From Octopus vulgaris (Eukaryota), in contig OX597826.1 in the NCBI GenBank assembly GCA_951406725.2, forward strand, positions 36,704,001 to 36,768,000: DNA of 64,000 bases. The letters run 5' to 3'. Shown in pieces: positions 27,454 to 39,390 of the stretch. The notes beneath the pieces were generated by a model that did not search any database, had not been told where the DNA came from, and saw only the letters and a list, made by a program, of their open reading frames with translations. Every line of letters starts with the position of its first letter. Position 1 is the stretch's first letter. Both the position numbers and the translations under genes were made by a program.

Positions 27454-27504
<51 letters not shown>

Positions 27505-27650
27505 ATAGATTACTAGCCACTAAACCTTTTTTGTTTTCTCTCTCTGCTTATTTCTGTGTTCCTTTCTGTTGAAGAACGTAGGCTTGAAAGACTTTCTCAC
27601 TTCCCGAGCATTAAACTAACATATCTGTTTGTTGTAAACACAAAGAGGCG
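27505..27650 (+). mobile_element. Penelope-type terminal repeat fragment with a partly deleted hammerhead motif
   Basis: cctttctgttgaagaacgtaggcttgaaagactttctcacttcccgagc matches 56840-56900 and 63902-63960; follows (TA)n. Confidence 0.75.
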
Positions 27651-27747
27651 AGCCTTAACAGGTTGCCTTACATACTAGAAGAAACAGTCAAAAAGTTCAA
27701 ACCACAGTTAAGTGCAATTTTGAAGGGAATAAAAAAAAACATTTACC

Positions 27748-27787
<40 letters not shown>

Positions 27788-28329
27788 TATGTACACACAC
27801 ATATATTTGTACACATATACATACATACATAAACCTCAAAAGTCTGTTGTCATCCATTCCAAAAGCATTATATTATTAAAGAAAATGAAGCAAAACAATG
27901 AAAGTAAAAAAAAACAAACAGTAAACAGCAAAATAAATAAATAAATAAATAAAGCTGATGGTATTGTTTGTTGTGAAGTGGATTCAGTCGAGCAAATGAT
28001 GCACAGAGATATGCATGTTTGATTAGATTGTCACAGGTTTTCCCTGGCTGCTCTTTAATTTCTGTCATTCTTTCTCAGCTTATATTTTCTTTGAATAATT
28101 CTTCAGATAATTTAAGCAGTTTCTGTTGCTCAGAAATGAACAGTGTGTCAGTGTATATATGCCCAAATATATGTGTGTGTGTGTAAAGGTTGCTGTCTGT
28201 GAGTGCATTTGTGTGCGTATATAAGTGTGTTTCTGTGTCATACGTGTGTAATTATAAAAATTGCAAAGCTAATAACCAAATATATTAACAGCCAACTTGA
28301 CTCAGAAGACGATACATCTCTTGATTACC

Positions 28330-28363
28330 ATAATAACAACAACAACAGCAACAGTAGTAACAC

Positions 28364-28447
<84 letters not shown>

Positions 28448-28670
28448 TAGTAATAATAATAATAAAATAATAATAATTTTAATAATAATCATAAGTAATG
28501 ATAATAATAATATCAATAATAATAATGATAATAATAATAATAGTAGTAGTGATAACAACGATGATGATGACGATGATGATGATGATGATGATGATAATGA
28601 TGATGATGATGATGATGATAATGATGATGATGAAGATGATGATGATGATAACAATAACAACAATACCAAT
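28330..28670. repeat. (AAT)n/(GAT)n trinucleotide array
   Basis: Direct reading. Confidence 0.95.
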
Positions 28671-28744
28671 ATTGATAAAATAGTAATACTGTTAATAATG
28701 TTTTTTTTCTATTAAAGTAAAGAGATTGTAGTTTTTAATCAGTG

Positions 28745-29080
28745 AGGTTAATTGATGCCATTCTCCCCAGTATTTAACTGGTACTTTATTTCATTGATGA
28801 AAGGTTCAGCTGACCTCAATTGGATTTGAACTCACAATTTAAAGAGCTGTAATAAACTGCGCAAAACGTTTTTCCTGGATCTCTAGTGATTCTGTCTAAT
28901 CTTTTCTACTCTAGGCACAAGGCCTGAAATTTTGGGGGAGGCGAGCCAGACGATTAGTTTAACTCTAAAGGAGGAAAGGCTAAGTCGCCCTTGGCGGAAT
29001 TTGAACCCAGATTGTAAAGACAGACAAAATACTGCTAAGCATTTCACCCAGCGTGCTAACGATTGTTCCAGCTCGCAGCC

Positions 29081-29081
<1 letters not shown>
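28745..29081 (-). mobile_element. Two adjacent SINE family C copies
   Basis: gaaaggctaagtcgcccttggcggaatttgaac...gctaagcatttcacccagcgtgctaacg...ccagctcgc is the reverse complement of the 53191 copy; an older copy lies at 28745-28898. Confidence 0.8.
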
Positions 29082-29082
<1 letters not shown>

Positions 29083-29113
<31 letters not shown>

Positions 29114-29252
29114 GTAATAATAATGATGATGATGATGATAATAATAATAATAATAATAATAATGATGATAATAATAATAATGACAATAGTAATAATAATG
29201 ATAATATTAATAATAATGATGATAAAATTATTATAACAACAATAATAATAAT

Positions 29253-29300
<48 letters not shown>

Positions 29301-29499
29301 CCTTTCTACTGGAGGTACAAAGCCTGAAATTTTGGGAATAGAGTCGCTTTGATGCCATGAACCCCAGTACTCAACTAATAATGAGAATAATATTAACACT
29401 GAAAATGATGTTACTGGTAATACAGATGAGGATGATGATGATGATGATGACGATGATGATGATGATGACGACGATGATAACGATGATGATGATGATGAC

Positions 29500-29531
<32 letters not shown>

Positions 29532-29586
29532 CGATGATGACGATGATGATGATGATGATGATGATGACGATGATAACGATGATGAC

Positions 29587-29636
<50 letters not shown>

Positions 29637-29642
29637 GGATTG

Positions 29643-29674
<32 letters not shown>

Positions 29675-30038
29675 GATGATGATGATGGTGATGATGATAA
29701 TGATAACAATGACGACATCGATGATGATGATGATGAAGATGATTATGATGATGATGGTGACCTCGACAACGATGATGATGATGATGTTGATAATGATGGC
29801 AGCGATAGTGATGATGATGATGACGACGATGATGATGAGGATGATGATGATGATGATGATGATGATTGTGATGATTGATGATCATGATGGTGATGATGAT
29901 AATGCTAACAACGACAACATCGATGATGATGATGAAGATGATAATGATGACGATGATGATGACCTCGACAACGATAATGATGATGATGTTGATAATGATG
30001 ACAGCAATAGTGATGATGATGATGATGATAATAATAAT
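29083..30038. repeat. (AAT)n then (GAT)n arrays, with a SINE C tail fragment at 29299-29375 and a 202-bp higher-order duplication
   Basis: Direct reading; acatcg at 29715 and 29917, gacctcgacaac at 29759 and 29961. Confidence 0.9.
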
Positions 30039-30691
30039 TGTTATTTGAAAATTTCCATGGGGAATGTTGATGTTGATGCATTAGTTATTCGAAGTAGATA
30101 ACAACAAAATTTGGCGCGAGCTGTTAAAAATGGAAATCAAATTAGCTGGAGTGTAAATTCCCAGAATAAAACAAGCTGCAGTTTTTCAATCAATTAAAAT
30201 ACCCATGTTCCATTAGATTTCCACCAAATTCAATATGTATTCAGAAATATAAGTTAAATTGTACAGAAGATGAAAACATAGGAGTGCTTGCCTGTCTGTC
30301 CGTCTGTTTGTCTGAGTGCTCACATGTTTATATATATATATCTACCTGTCAAACAGTTGAGTTTAACAACCATGGAAGGGGGATCTGCTAGAAATAATAG
30401 CCAAACTTCACTCGGATCATGCATTGCCAAAAATTTGATAGAATCGATGAAGTATTAGAGGTAACAATCTTTCAGACTAAAAGACAGGATGTTCATGGGA
30501 TCAAGTAAAGATCTGATAGGTTTTAAGTTATAAAGAGTGCCCCCCTCATTTTAAATGGTAATTGGCCATGGTGAGATGGGATGGATTTGTCCCAGAGACA
30601 TAGGCCAATGTGAAATGTAGCCAACACTTCTTATTAGGTATTTTAGTTACTGATGCTAAACAAGTATGATTTATAAGTGGGTTACAGGTGC

Positions 30692-30975
30692 CATCATCAT
30701 CATCATCATCATCATCAGCAGCAGCATCATCGTTTAACGTCCGCTTTCCATGCTAGCATGGGTTGGACGGTTCAACTGGGGTCTGGGAAGCCAGGTGGCT
30801 GCACTAGACCCAGTCTGATCTGGCAGTGTTTCTACAGCTGGATGCCCTTCCTAACGCCAACCACTCCACGAGTGTAGTGGGTGCTTTTTACATGCCACCA
30901 GCACAGGTGCCAGGCGAGGCTGGCAACGGCCATGATAGGTTGGTGCTTTTTACGTGCCACCAGCACGGAGGCCAG
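30692..30975 (-). mobile_element. RTE-LINE 3' UTR copy (family A)
   Basis: (CAT)n cgtttaacgtccgctttccatgctagcatggg...; two ggtgctttttac units. Confidence 0.9.
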
Positions 30976-31213
30976 TTTATACATATATACATATGCATTA
31001 TTATTATGTGTGTGTGTGTATGTATGTATGTGTGTGTGTGTGTGTGTGTGTCTATGCATGTGTATGTCAGTACTCAGAAATGTACTTTCAGATGTAACGT
31101 ACTAAAGAGTATACAACACTTGCATTGAGTCCTGTAAGATATTATTTATTCCAGGGAATCAACAGGAGTTTATACACATACCCATATAGGTACAAACACA
31201 GCCACACACACAC

Positions 31214-31661
31214 GAGTGGTTGTGAGGTATGTAGCTTGCTTACCAACCACATGGTTTTGGGTACAGTCCCATTGCATGTCACCTTGGGCAAGAGTCTTCT
31301 GTTATAGCCTTGATGACCAAAGCCTTGTGAGTGGATTTGATAGATGGAGACTGAAAGAAGCCCATCATATACATACATACATACATACATACATACATAC
31401 ATACATACATACATACATACAAACATACATACATACATATATATATTCATATGTATGTGTTTGTGTGTCTGTGTTTGCCTCCCGAGCATCCTTGACAACT
31501 GATGCTGGTGTGTTTATATCACCGTAACATTAGCAGTTTGTCCAAAGTTACTGATAGAATAAGTACTAAGCTTACAAAGAATAACTCCTAAGGTCAACTT
31601 GCTTGACTGAAGGTGGTACTCTAGCATGGCCACAGTCAAATGACTGAAACAAATAAAAGAA
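31214..31661 (+). mobile_element. SINE family B with internal (CATA)n
   Basis: Colinear with 35271-35680. Confidence 0.85.
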
Positions 31662-32960
31662 TATATATAAACACACACACACACACACACATATATATAC
31701 ATATATTTATACCTATATATGTATGGATATGGACTATAGATATATAATATACATATGTAATTTATAATTATTTAAATGTATATGCACACACACATACACA
31801 CATATATATATATACATAAAGAGAGAGAGTGAGAGAGTGAGAGACAGAAAGAGAGAAAGAGAGAGTAAAAATCTAATATAAGTAACAAAGAATGAAAATG
31901 AACAAAATTACAAGAGTCGTTCCCAGTTGACATTATTGTGTTTGATGCTGAAAATAGAATGGAAAGAGTAAAAGTTATGATGTTTCTGACATATTCTTTC
32001 AGACACAAGAGGAAAGTCCAAGAGAAAAAGGGAAGAGGAAGAAAAGAAGATAGGAAATAAAAGGAGAAGAGAGCTGGAGAAAAATACTCATAGCTTTGTT
32101 TCATACTCACAAGCCCAAACATGCACACACACACACACGTACTTGTAGAGTACATGATAAATTTAGATGTAATAGAATAGAATAAAAGAAAGGGAATGAT
32201 TTACAAAAAAGAAAATTCTTTACAAATATCTTGTTTTTGTTTCTAACAAGGAGAATATCCACCTAACCCATGCTGACAAAGAAAAATAAACATAAAACGA
32301 ACAAATACCTTCACCAAAGAAATTGTTTTTCATGACATTTTTCTTCATTGTTAGTATAAAACCAGTGTTTTATTCACAGAAACTTTCCTCTACCTCACAA
32401 CCAATTCCATCTCCAATACAAACCAAAGAGCCAGCCACAGTGATCAAAGTGATCATAAGCATCTAATTCCTTTGTATATTTGCTTCCTGATTCATAATAA
32501 AATTGATTTCTCTTCCGCTAGTAATATAAATTTGTTGAATCATCCACTCCTCATGTTACTTCCAGAAGTGACCCTAAGTAAACGATAATGACAAAAAAAA
32601 AAGTAGTTTAACTATTATTATTCCCATTTAGAAAATAATCAACTTGAGCTTCAACTTGACAGAAATATTTGGAAAAAAACACAACCAGCATTTGTCTATC
32701 ACATCCTTTATTTCCTTTGTATCGGAGATTAATTTCCTGAAAATGCATAGCTTACTGCACTTTCAGCTCACTATCATAAGGGCATTTATTTAATTCCCGG
32801 TGGTATGTTGTGTCCTTGAGCAAGACACTTTATTTCACATTGCTTCAGTCCAGCCAGTAGGTAAAAATGAGATGTACCAGTATTTCAAAGGGCCAGTCTT
32901 GTCACACTCCATCATGCTGAATCTCCCAGACAACTAGGTTCAGAGCACAGTGTCTGTGGA

Positions 32961-33193
32961 CATTGTTTACATTATTTACATTTGACGGATAATTGTCATC
33001 TTGTTTGTTGTTAACACAACGTTTCAGCTGATATACCCTCCAGCCTTCATCAGGTGTCTTGGGATGAAGGCTAGATGGTATATCAGCCAAAACGTTGTGT
33101 TAACAACAAACAAGGTGAGGACAAATATCTGTCAAGTGTAAATAATGTAAATAATGTACATAATTCCTCATCTCTTAAATATAGAACTGTAAC
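32961..33193. mobile_element. Fold-back (inverted) Penelope-type terminal-repeat insertion
   Basis: Arms about 32961-33051 and 33063-33157 are reverse complements around an 11-nt spacer; 9-bp direct repeat gtctgtgga at 32952-32960 and 33194-33202. Confidence 0.8.
33013..33058 (-). ncRNA. Minimal type I hammerhead ribozyme motif
   Basis: GACAC-CUGAUGA-A-GGCUG(GAGGGUAUAU)CAGCU-GAAAC-GUU-GUGUU: 5-bp helix I, 5-bp helix II, complete core, palindromic AACGUU at helix III. Confidence 0.8.
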
Positions 33194-33873
33194 GTCTGTG
33201 GAGTTGAACGTTAACTTCATAAGCAGCCTGTTCCATTGATTGGATCAACTGGAACCCCCACTTCATAACCGAGTTGCAGTTTATGTTGTATCTCAGATTA
33301 TTTCCATAAAAACATTATTTGTATCATTATAATGCAGAAAGCTTTACTTGGTTCTTCAAATGTGCTAGAAAAGGTTGTGAAATTTTACAAGAAAATGGTC
33401 TGGATGGTCACAGCTGGAGTGGCCTTGTTCAAAAGCCTCCATGATTACAGTTTGAGTGCTTTTGTTCATGGGTGTTGAAGGTTTGATTGTGAGCCCTTGT
33501 TCATAGGTCTGTGTGTACTCAAATAGATTGGACAGGGAGCTAATCAACAGCACAAACAAAAACTACCTTATCTCAATGCAAGGGGAGCCTCCGTATCATC
33601 AGACTATCAGCTAGAAACAACAGCTCAATTTTAATCAATCTTCAACCTAGTTTTAAAAAAAGAATATATGGAGCATATTGGATAATGTTGTCTTACGTTA
33701 TTATTTCTGAAGAGAAAAGAACTAAATAGTCACAACTGGAATATTAACTATAGGTCTGTTTGATCTAGTTTGATCTGGTTCTGTACAACAACTGCTGCAT
33801 TTTCTCTGCTTTTTTATACATATAAGATTTCATTGCAGTTCAAGGAATGCTTCAAGTTGATGAAAAATAAAAT

Positions 33874-34392
33874 ATCTAAATTGTTTTGATGTTCCCCAAT
33901 ATGATTAGATCCAAATTTTTATTATGTTGTCTAAATTGTTAAGATTTGCTCTAAATTGTTACGATGTCTAAAATATTACAAGTTGTAAGTTAAATTTTTA
34001 GACCTCAGTTTTTATGATCAGTCCTAAAGTACTATTATTGATGTCTAAAATGCTACAATGCACTTTAAATTGTTTTGATGTCAAAATAATTATAACGAAA
34101 TTCTCAATTATTATTATGTCTTAATTGTTAGGATGCTTACTCTGCTGTTAGTATGGTGTCTAATTTACCATGAAATCTAAATTATTATAATCAGATCTAC
34201 ATTGTTACGATTGATTTAAATTCTTATGATTTTGTATAGAATGTTATGATGAGATCTAAATTTTTATGATCAAATCTAAATTGCTATGATCAGTTCTAAA
34301 TTGTTATTATTGAAGACTAAATTGTTATGATGTAGTTTAAATTATTATGATGTGATCTCAGTTTTTATGACATAATCTAAAGAGTCAAGATG
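33874..34392. repeat. Degenerate minisatellite, 17-21 bp unit with consensus TCTAAATTGTTATGATG, about 25 units
   Basis: tctaaattgtt(a/t) recurs throughout. Confidence 0.85.
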
Positions 34393-35270
34393 TGCATAGT
34401 AGATTTTTTTTTCCATTTTATACACTATGCTTTTCTTTAAAAAAAAAACACATGGTTCCTTTCAGCCAGATTCCTTGCTTTGACAACTTTAACCAAAATG
34501 ATCTATGACCTATTTAATTATTCATTAAATATATTTTATTGCTTTTCATTTTTTATGTTATCAAACGTTCTGTGTTGACAAATTGATAAATTTATATGTG
34601 TGTAAAGTAATTTGCAGAAATCTAAATATTTGTAAAATATTTATAAAATCACTCCAAATGCTTTATATTTATATAATTTTGTTTTCGTTTTATGCAAACT
34701 ATTTCAACTGAATACAAAACAACGAAGCAACAAAATACAAACGTTTACTAGGAAAATGGAAGTTGAGAAAAGTTTGCTTGTCATCATAAGACTTCATAAC
34801 AAGTGAGGTTGAAATATAAAATTAAAAATCAATTTGAATACAAAGTCTTCAGAAAACAGTGTTCAATATTCCCAAAGTCATCATTTTATAAGTTCTGTGA
34901 AAATTGAAATCAGAGTTATTATGGAAACATATTTTACAATAGAGTCAAAATGTTTCTTAACCACCTCTGATTCTCTTCACATACCAGAAGATTTCAGTCT
35001 CAGGATAGTGAATTATCAAATTATTTGTCAGATCCTAATTAATTTCTCATTTTCCTTATCAATTCCCACTCCAAATTACACCAGTTTCCACAGCTCACCA
35101 ACCACATAAATCTTAATGCAGGCATATATAATTGCTAACTTCTTTGTTCAGTTATCTTTCCATTTGTGCTATATGAATGAATGATGTAGTTTTGGAGTCA
35201 GTTTTGACTGCTATATCTAGCATAGTGGTACCTCCCCAGTACCCTTAATTATAATTATATTTATATATAG

Positions 35271-35680
35271 GCGCAGGAGTGGCTGTGTGGTAAGTAGCTT
35301 GCTAACCAAGCACATGGTTCCGGGTTCAGTCCCACTGCGTGGCATCTTGGGCAAGTGTCTTCTGCTATAGCCCCGGGCCGACCAATGCCTTGTGAGTGGA
35401 TTTGGTAGACGGAAACTGAAAGAAGCCTGTCGTATATATGTATATATATGTATGTATGTGTGTTTGTTTGTGTGTCTGTGTTTGTCCCCCTAGCATTGCT
35501 TGACAACCGATGGTGGTGTGTTTATGTTCCCGTTACTTAGCGGTTCGGCAAAAAAGACCGATAGAATAAGTACTGGGCTTACAAAAAGAATAAGTGCCGG
35601 GGTCGAGTTGCTCGATTAAAGGCGGTGCTCCAGCATGGCCGCAGTCAAATGACTGAAACAAAGAAAAGAGTAAAAGAGTA
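35271..35680 (+). mobile_element. Full-length SINE family B (tRNA head, CORE-like ttgggcaagtg block, internal microsatellite, GTAAAAGA tail) with TSD
   Basis: A-box-like tggctgtgtgg and B-box-like ggttcagtccc; 20-bp direct repeat ataattatat(t/a)tatatatag at 35251-35270 and 35681-35700. Confidence 0.93.
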
Positions 35681-36084
35681 ATAATTATATATATATATAG
35701 TAATTGTTACCTATACAGTTTTTTTCCATACTGGCCACTTGATATGATCATTATTTTAAATAATGGTTTTATATATATATGTCTCTCATCTCTCACATGA
35801 CTTCCAACATACTTTGCTCAGAACTGCAACAATTAAGTTTCTTTCCTCATCCACATTTCTCATTCACAGACCCTTGATCTAAAAATATATGAAACAAATG
35901 ATAGTCAACTGCATCGGTCTCACTTCTGTAGCATCTCATGTGGATGTTATCAGAGTTACTCACCCACCACTTAGGTTTTATATAAAAGCAGAAAACCTCA
36001 TTTTAATTTTTTGGAAACTAAGGAAGATTATCATCATTGTCATCTTCATCAGCACCATCATTGTCGTTGTCATCGTCATCATAT

Positions 36085-36290
36085 CATCATCATCATCATC
36101 ATCATTGTCATCTGTCATATTTGAATTCGGTCTTCCATGCTGGCATAGGATGGACAGTTTGACTGGATCTGACAAGTCAAAGGATTGTGTCAGGCTCCAG
36201 GGTCTGCTTTGGCATGGTTTCTATGGCAAGTGCACTTCCTAACACCAACCACTTTGAAGAGTGCACTGCATGCTTTTTCATGGTACTAAC
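36085..36290 (-). mobile_element. RTE-LINE 3' UTR copy (family A), diverged
   Basis: (CAT)n...ttccatgctggcataggatggacagtttgac...ttcctaacaccaaccacttt. Confidence 0.75.
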
Positions 36291-37499
36291 ATAAGTGAGG
36301 TCCCTAAGTACCTCACTCATGAAACAAACAGTAAAACCCACTCAGCTGGGTGGGGTTGTTTCAGAAAAGAAGGTAGTTTTAAAGGGGAGTAAAATCGAGT
36401 TTATTGTGATGTATCTTCCTTCAGCTTTGGTTAGATGTGGTTGTAGAACTGGCTCAGCTGGTGCCAAATGTGGAAAAGCAACCCACTGGATGGAACATCA
36501 ATTGCTTCGTCTTCTACCCGACACTTGCAGTAGGAAAGATCTTGCAGAGTTCAATGGAAGAGCAAAGAGCTGTGGTGGGTGGGTGTTGTGGGTTAGAAAG
36601 AGAGAGAGAGTGGGAAGCTTCTCCATGTCATGATATTTGACAACAAGAAGAATCACAATTTACATTACATAATTTCCTTGAGTGATGGAAAAAAAACCCC
36701 ATTATTTGTGGTCAGTTTAAAGACAAAAGAAAAATAAAATGTGGAAAGCAGATTACTAATTAATTAACCTCGTAAACAGCCCATGTATTTGATACAAACT
36801 AATAAATAACTGAATTAACAAATAAATAAAATAAAAATTCACAATTTCCTTCAAAGTTGTTTATATTGTCTTTTACTGCATGTTTTTTTTATTGCTTTTT
36901 GCTATGTATTTATCATATTTAAATCCCATTTTCAGATTGTATTTATCAGTATAATAAACATATTGTTTAAAGATCAAAATGTCTTGTTTGTTGGTTTTCT
37001 TTATATCTAATTCTTATTGCAACAGTGCCAAAACAATTTCTAAAATCTTCTCAGTGTTGTGTATTTATATTGGTTTGCTTTGCTCTGTTTGCAAAGCAGT
37101 ATTCATGAAATACATTTAAATGTAGTCTTAATCTGTTACTCTTATTGTGTTTTACTTAATAATTCCGACAAATGTGCTTTTTGTTCTTGCTTAGAAGAAC
37201 AAACTATTATTTGCGAGAGCAACAATATATTTCATCTAATAATTATATTCCATTATTGTTTATATTAGTTTATTACACATATACTCAACATATGAGTTAT
37301 ATTTATTTTACTATTATCTTTTATTTTTATTTTCATTTCAAACTGTTTCTAACAGATTTCTCTCAAATTCAAAATCTTACCTTTTCTTCTTAAGTTTTAA
37401 ACCAGAATTTCAATTAGAATTTGATTCCAACTACACACACACACATGTATGTATGTATATATATATACACATATATATATATACATATGCATATATATG

Positions 37500-37533
<34 letters not shown>

Positions 37534-37905
37534 TATATGCATGTGTGTATGCATGTATCTATCTATATATATATTGTATTACTGAAAACAAAATAGTGTA
37601 TTTCATTCGAATTAGAATTAATTGTATTAAACATTATTATTGCTATCAAAACTAGTATTACTGTAATGTTGCATCTTTTGTTTTTTTTATTATTCATTCA
37701 TTTACATGATTAACTGAAAACATCAACCAACAGAATTCATTTAAGATAATTGTATATATATTTATGCATATATATATATATGTGTGTGTAAGCATGTGTG
37801 CATGTATGTATGTGTGTGTGTGTGTATATATATATGTATATATATGTATATTTATATGTACATATATATTTATACCTGTGTGAATATCATGTGTGTGTAT
37901 GTATT

Positions 37906-37995
<90 letters not shown>

Positions 37996-38618
37996 ATTTC
38001 TATATATATTTATTTATTTTGAAAGATTTCATACGAAATTGTCTGTATTGGATTTATTTAGACAAAAGTTTAAGTTTGCAAAAAAAAATATTTTTACTGA
38101 AATTAATTATATATTTATTTAGACATGTGTGCATAAAATTAAACACAGCATGCACTCACACACACACGTAGATGTGTACTTGTATATGTATGTGTGCATG
38201 CAGTATGTATGCATGCGTGTATGCAGTATGCAAGAGGCATAGATACGTATCATCACCATCATCAGCATTAGCATCGTGTGATATGCGTTTTCCATGCTGG
38301 CATTGGTTGGCTAGCATTATGCATGTGTATGTGTGTGCATGGCCATATATTGCTTGTCTGTACATGTATTTTATATTTATATGTGGTTTCAGTGTCACCT
38401 TTCTACTCATCATACATTGGTACACAGGCACATGGGTTCACTGGCCACAATAACTTCAATCGATTGATTTTCACAACTCAGATATACATGTGTGTGTGTG
38501 TGTGTGTGTGTTTGTATACACACACATATATATATGTTAAGAGAGAGAGAGAGAGACTGATGAAGAGTTATAGATTTATGTATAGCTATATCTGTATCTG
38601 TCTATGGAGTTACCCACC

Positions 38619-38648
<30 letters not shown>

Positions 38649-38650
<2 letters not shown>

Positions 38651-39066
38651 CAGGAGTGACTGTGTGGTAAGTAGATTGCTTAACAGCCACATCATTTCAG
38701 GTTCAGTCCCACTGCATGGCACCTTGGCCGAGTGCTTTCTACTATAGCCTCAGGTCGACCAAAGTCTTGTGGATGGATTCAGCAGAGGGGAAACTGAAAG
38801 ATACCCGTCGTGTGTGTATATATATATGTATATGTGTGTGTGTGTGTGTGTGTTTGTGTGTCAGTGTTTGTCCTCCACCATCGCTTGACAACTGATGGTG
38901 GCGTGTCTACACCCCTCTAACTTAGCAGTTTGGCAAAAGTGACCAATAGAATAAGTACTAGGCTTACAAAGAATAAGTGCTGGGGTCAATTTGTTCGACA
39001 AAACGTGTTGCTCCAGCATGGCCGCAGTCAAATGACTGAAACAAATAAAAGAATGAAAGAATAAAA
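38649..39066 (+). mobile_element. SINE family B, full length
   Basis: caggagtgactgtgtggtaagtag...gccgcagtcaaatgactgaaac. Confidence 0.9.
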
Positions 39067-39096
39067 TAAGTATAAATGTGTATATATATATATGTA

Positions 39097-39329
39097 CAGG
39101 ATTTACCGGAAGTTACCGAACAGTAAATCAAAATTCCATAAATACTCTCTATAATTCTGTATTGACTCAAATGGAAAAATGTGTCGCTGAAGAAGGACTT
39201 TAGTTTGAACAATTTTCATGATGTTTCATATTTACAAGCTTTTATTAAACTCATTCAGTTGTTAAAAACAAATAAAGCTTGGAATTAAATGGTTTTGGTT
39301 TGCTGTCAGGTGACTTTTGGCCAACCTTG
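39097..39329. mobile_element. Tc1/mariner-type MITE
   Basis: TA-flanked; 27-bp imperfect TIRs, caggatttaccggaagttaccgaacag versus caaggttggccaaaagtcacctgacag (18/27 identical). Confidence 0.55.

Positions 39330-39387
<58 letters not shown>

Positions 39388-39390
<3 letters not shown>

Larger units (their letters stand above)
32770..33275 (+). mobile_element. SINE family D split by the fold-back insertion
   Basis: tgtgtccttgagcaagacactttatttcac...gtctgtgga | insertion | gtctgtggag...ggatcaactggaaccc. Confidence 0.8.

Noticed and set aside
28203-30101. Poly-Asn/Asp/Met/His/Ser ORFs resembling acidic or biomineral proteins
   Set aside because: Pure trinucleotide arrays interleaved with SINE fragments, open on both strands, no splice or domain evidence
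33874-34392. Possible CRISPR-like array
   Set aside because: Eukaryotic context, degenerate repeats, no unique 25-45 nt spacers, no cas genes
35271-35345. tRNA gene
   Set aside because: A/B-box-like motifs belong to a SINE head; no complete cloverleaf; continues into SINE body with TSD
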